Under the pieces are notes generated by a model, which worked only from the letters and a program-made list of their open reading frames with translations, was not told the origin of the DNA and did no database searches. This document shows positions 50,780 through 52,542 of a stretch of DNA of 52,542 nucleotides, in pieces (the first letter of the stretch is position 1; each line of letters begins with the position of its first letter). A program made the translations under genes and the position numbers. Origin of the DNA: Thelocarpon superellum. Its lineage: Eukaryota. The stretch lies in contig JAPEUG010000007.1 in NCBI GenBank assembly GCA_026025795.1, positions 62,001 to 114,542 on the forward strand, read 5' to 3'.

Positions 50780-51624
50780 GTGGGCAACACAGGTGTTGTG
50801 GACAACTACAGGAGAACAACTCTAGTGAAGGAGTGACAAATAGCTAGCAATGGCTTAGTGTATGCCTACAGCTTATTGACATTGTCCTCCTTGATGTTAA
50901 CAGGTAGGACATACAACTAGAGCCACTAGCCAGCAGGAGGAGGAATGATGTTGGGTGTCAGCTAGTACAGCAGCAACAGGATAGTGCAAGGAGGAATGTA
51001 CTGGTCACCTACCACAATCAGTTAAGGGAAGGGGAGGAATGGAATAGGATCAATGCTCACTGTTGATGTAGTGTACAGCTCTATCCTAGTACATGCAATT
51101 GCTACATGTGCTACTGTGAATTTGCTAGCCACAAGAGTTGACAGCTGTCTTGCACTAGAGGAATGGGCTACAGTTCTCTAGACACTGATTGCACTCTAGA
51201 TCCACAGTCAGTCTATAGTGCTGCAGAAATGTTAGTAGTGTACAACATCAACAGCATCACCTACCTAAATAATGATAGCCTAGATAACCAACTTGTAACA
51301 CAACTTGACTACAGACATTAACATGGCACTATGAGAACACAGGTGCACACATGAGCTACAAGGACAAGTGACAATATCACAACACATATCAGGGTGTTGT
51401 ACAAACAGAAGGAGCTACTGCAGTCAGTATCTAGACACCTACTGCAGGTGTGATGGAATAGGGACAAACATTGCAGCCATTGTGGCCTAGGTGCAGGCAA
51501 TGAGAATTTGCTGGAGCAAGACAAGTGGCCTCTTTGGCCAAAACTGCTATTGTCAGTTCCAACTGTACAGTAGGTGCAAATCAACCTCACTAGACAGGGG
51601 AACCACCACACAGTGAGGCATCAT
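50780..51624 (-). pseudogene. Spliced DUF3716-like Cys-rich gene, antisense to element A
   Basis: Exon 1 51624-51265 (120 codons); intron 51264-51221 (GTAGGT...TACTAAC...TGCAG); exon 2 reads ECNQCLENCSPFL*CKTAV...STCSNCMY; second donor GTGAGC at 51060. Family assignment rests on recall of the CxxC...GPF..C...GACxNC motif; the 3' end is approximate. Confidence 0.65.
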
Positions 51625-51905
51625 GGTTACAGGTGGCAGAAGGAAGATTGTGAGAATCCACAGCAGTTGGTGGGTAAGTAAACAACAACAACAACAACAG
51701 GCGCATGTCACCATACTAGTGAGCACAGCAGGCCACGCTATTGGCCCTATGCTGGTTTCCTACTGTTTTGAAGCTATTCACTTTGATATCACAAGTTTAG
51801 GAGGGGGAGTGTGTAGGAGTGCGCATGTGACCAAGTCACGTGCCCACTCCTATTACAATCCCGGCTACGCGTAGATTAGCAATTCAGCTCTGATTCCTAC
51901 AGCGT

Positions 51906-52260
51906 TACATTAGGCAAGTCCCTCAGTAGATAACCAACACTAAGCACAGCTATCGGAAGAGCCCCTTGCAGATCCCACGCGACATGTTGGGAGACCATGC
52001 TTCCTACTGCCAAAACAGCAACACGATGCAATCGATATCGGGCGCCCCCTTATTACTAACAAGCCTGAGTCTCGTCAATGTTAGAGGTCTTCCTTGAGTA
52101 CACATGTTCTTTCGTGATCGCTACAGGACGCCCTCCTCGGAAATGTACGCCGCGTTGAGACAACAGCTGGGCATTACCCCTCCGGAAATTGAGATATATA
52201 TTGGGCGGTCCTCCAGGTAGATCGAGGCTGTTGGACGTATCCATTGAAGCGCGTCAGGAT
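51906..52260. repeat. Phased motif array, block III (continuation beyond the retrotransposon island)
   Basis: Anchors at 51911, 51954, 52039, 52082, 52124 and 52168, then 52202 and 52245 after a register shift (e.g. TATCGGAAGAGCCCC, TATCGGGCGCCCCCT, TATTGGGCGGTCCTCC). Confidence 0.7.
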
Positions 52261-52542
52261 CTTACCAGTGATTTTACTGCATTGCGATCGCTTCTTGTCA
52301 TGCACTAAGGTGCTGAATTTCGGTTTGCGCGATACATAAGATTCCGATCACAAGGGGACATCCGACAGAAAGCCCTAGTCAAGCCATCAACCTGGTATAC
52401 CATGAGAGCCCCGAGAGGTGTCCGCACAAAGAGAAAGACAGGGGCAGAGAGAGTCAGAGATTTGCAGCCGTTCCGTGCGCATACGTTCATTCATAATCAC
52501 TAGGGATATTCTTGCCGCTTCCCCCTCTCAGCCCTCTTCTCA

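Larger units (their letters stand above)
26063..51901 (+). mobile_element. Element A: decayed Ty3/Gypsy LTR retrotransposon, outermost host of B and C
   Basis: 90-bp LTRs at 26063-26152 and 51812-51901 (TGTAGGA...TCCTACA); PBS TGGTAGC just inside the 5' LTR; PPT AGGAGGGGGAG before the 3' LTR; apparent 4-bp TSD GTGT/GCGT. Confidence 0.93.

Noticed and set aside
25878..51901. The retrotransposon island as a regional centromere
   Set aside because: Possible but unsupported by sequence alone; it would need CENP-A ChIP or Hi-C.
24700..52542. Starship or DNA-transposon boundary
   Set aside because: No DUF3435 recombinase, transposase or terminal inverted repeat was recognised in the window; kept only as a hypothesis for the array.

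Overview
Fungal (Pezizomycotina-type) genomic DNA in two compartments. Bases 1-24.7 kb are GC-rich and gene-dense, with 12 genes, all but the PPR gene intron-containing: RTT103-like, TLG2, calmodulin, MED20, a GH47 alpha-mannosidase, a secreted Cys-rich protein with AEEKK repeats, a nucleoside transporter, MDM34, CCDC47/DUF1682, COX7, a mitochondrial PPR protein and a haspin kinase. Bases 25878-51901 are a 26-kb nested island of decayed Ty3/Gypsy retrotransposons resolved by LTR pairs and target-site duplications: a solo LTR plus element A, which contains B and C, with D inside C. The island is mutated mainly at CpG, with additional CpA->TpA changes. Three elements carry an accessory gene at the 3' end: two are spliced antisense Cys-rich genes and one is a ~636-codon sense ORF. 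The most unusual signal is a non-coding array of a degenerate dyad motif (about YATCRGRnnnnCYYC) phased every 42-44 bp with divergent spacers. It lies on both sides of the island (24.8-25.07, 25.57-25.86 and 51.9-52.26 kb), and a CRE/E-box palindrome cluster sits between its two left-hand blocks. All calls were made by eye; no database searches were run.
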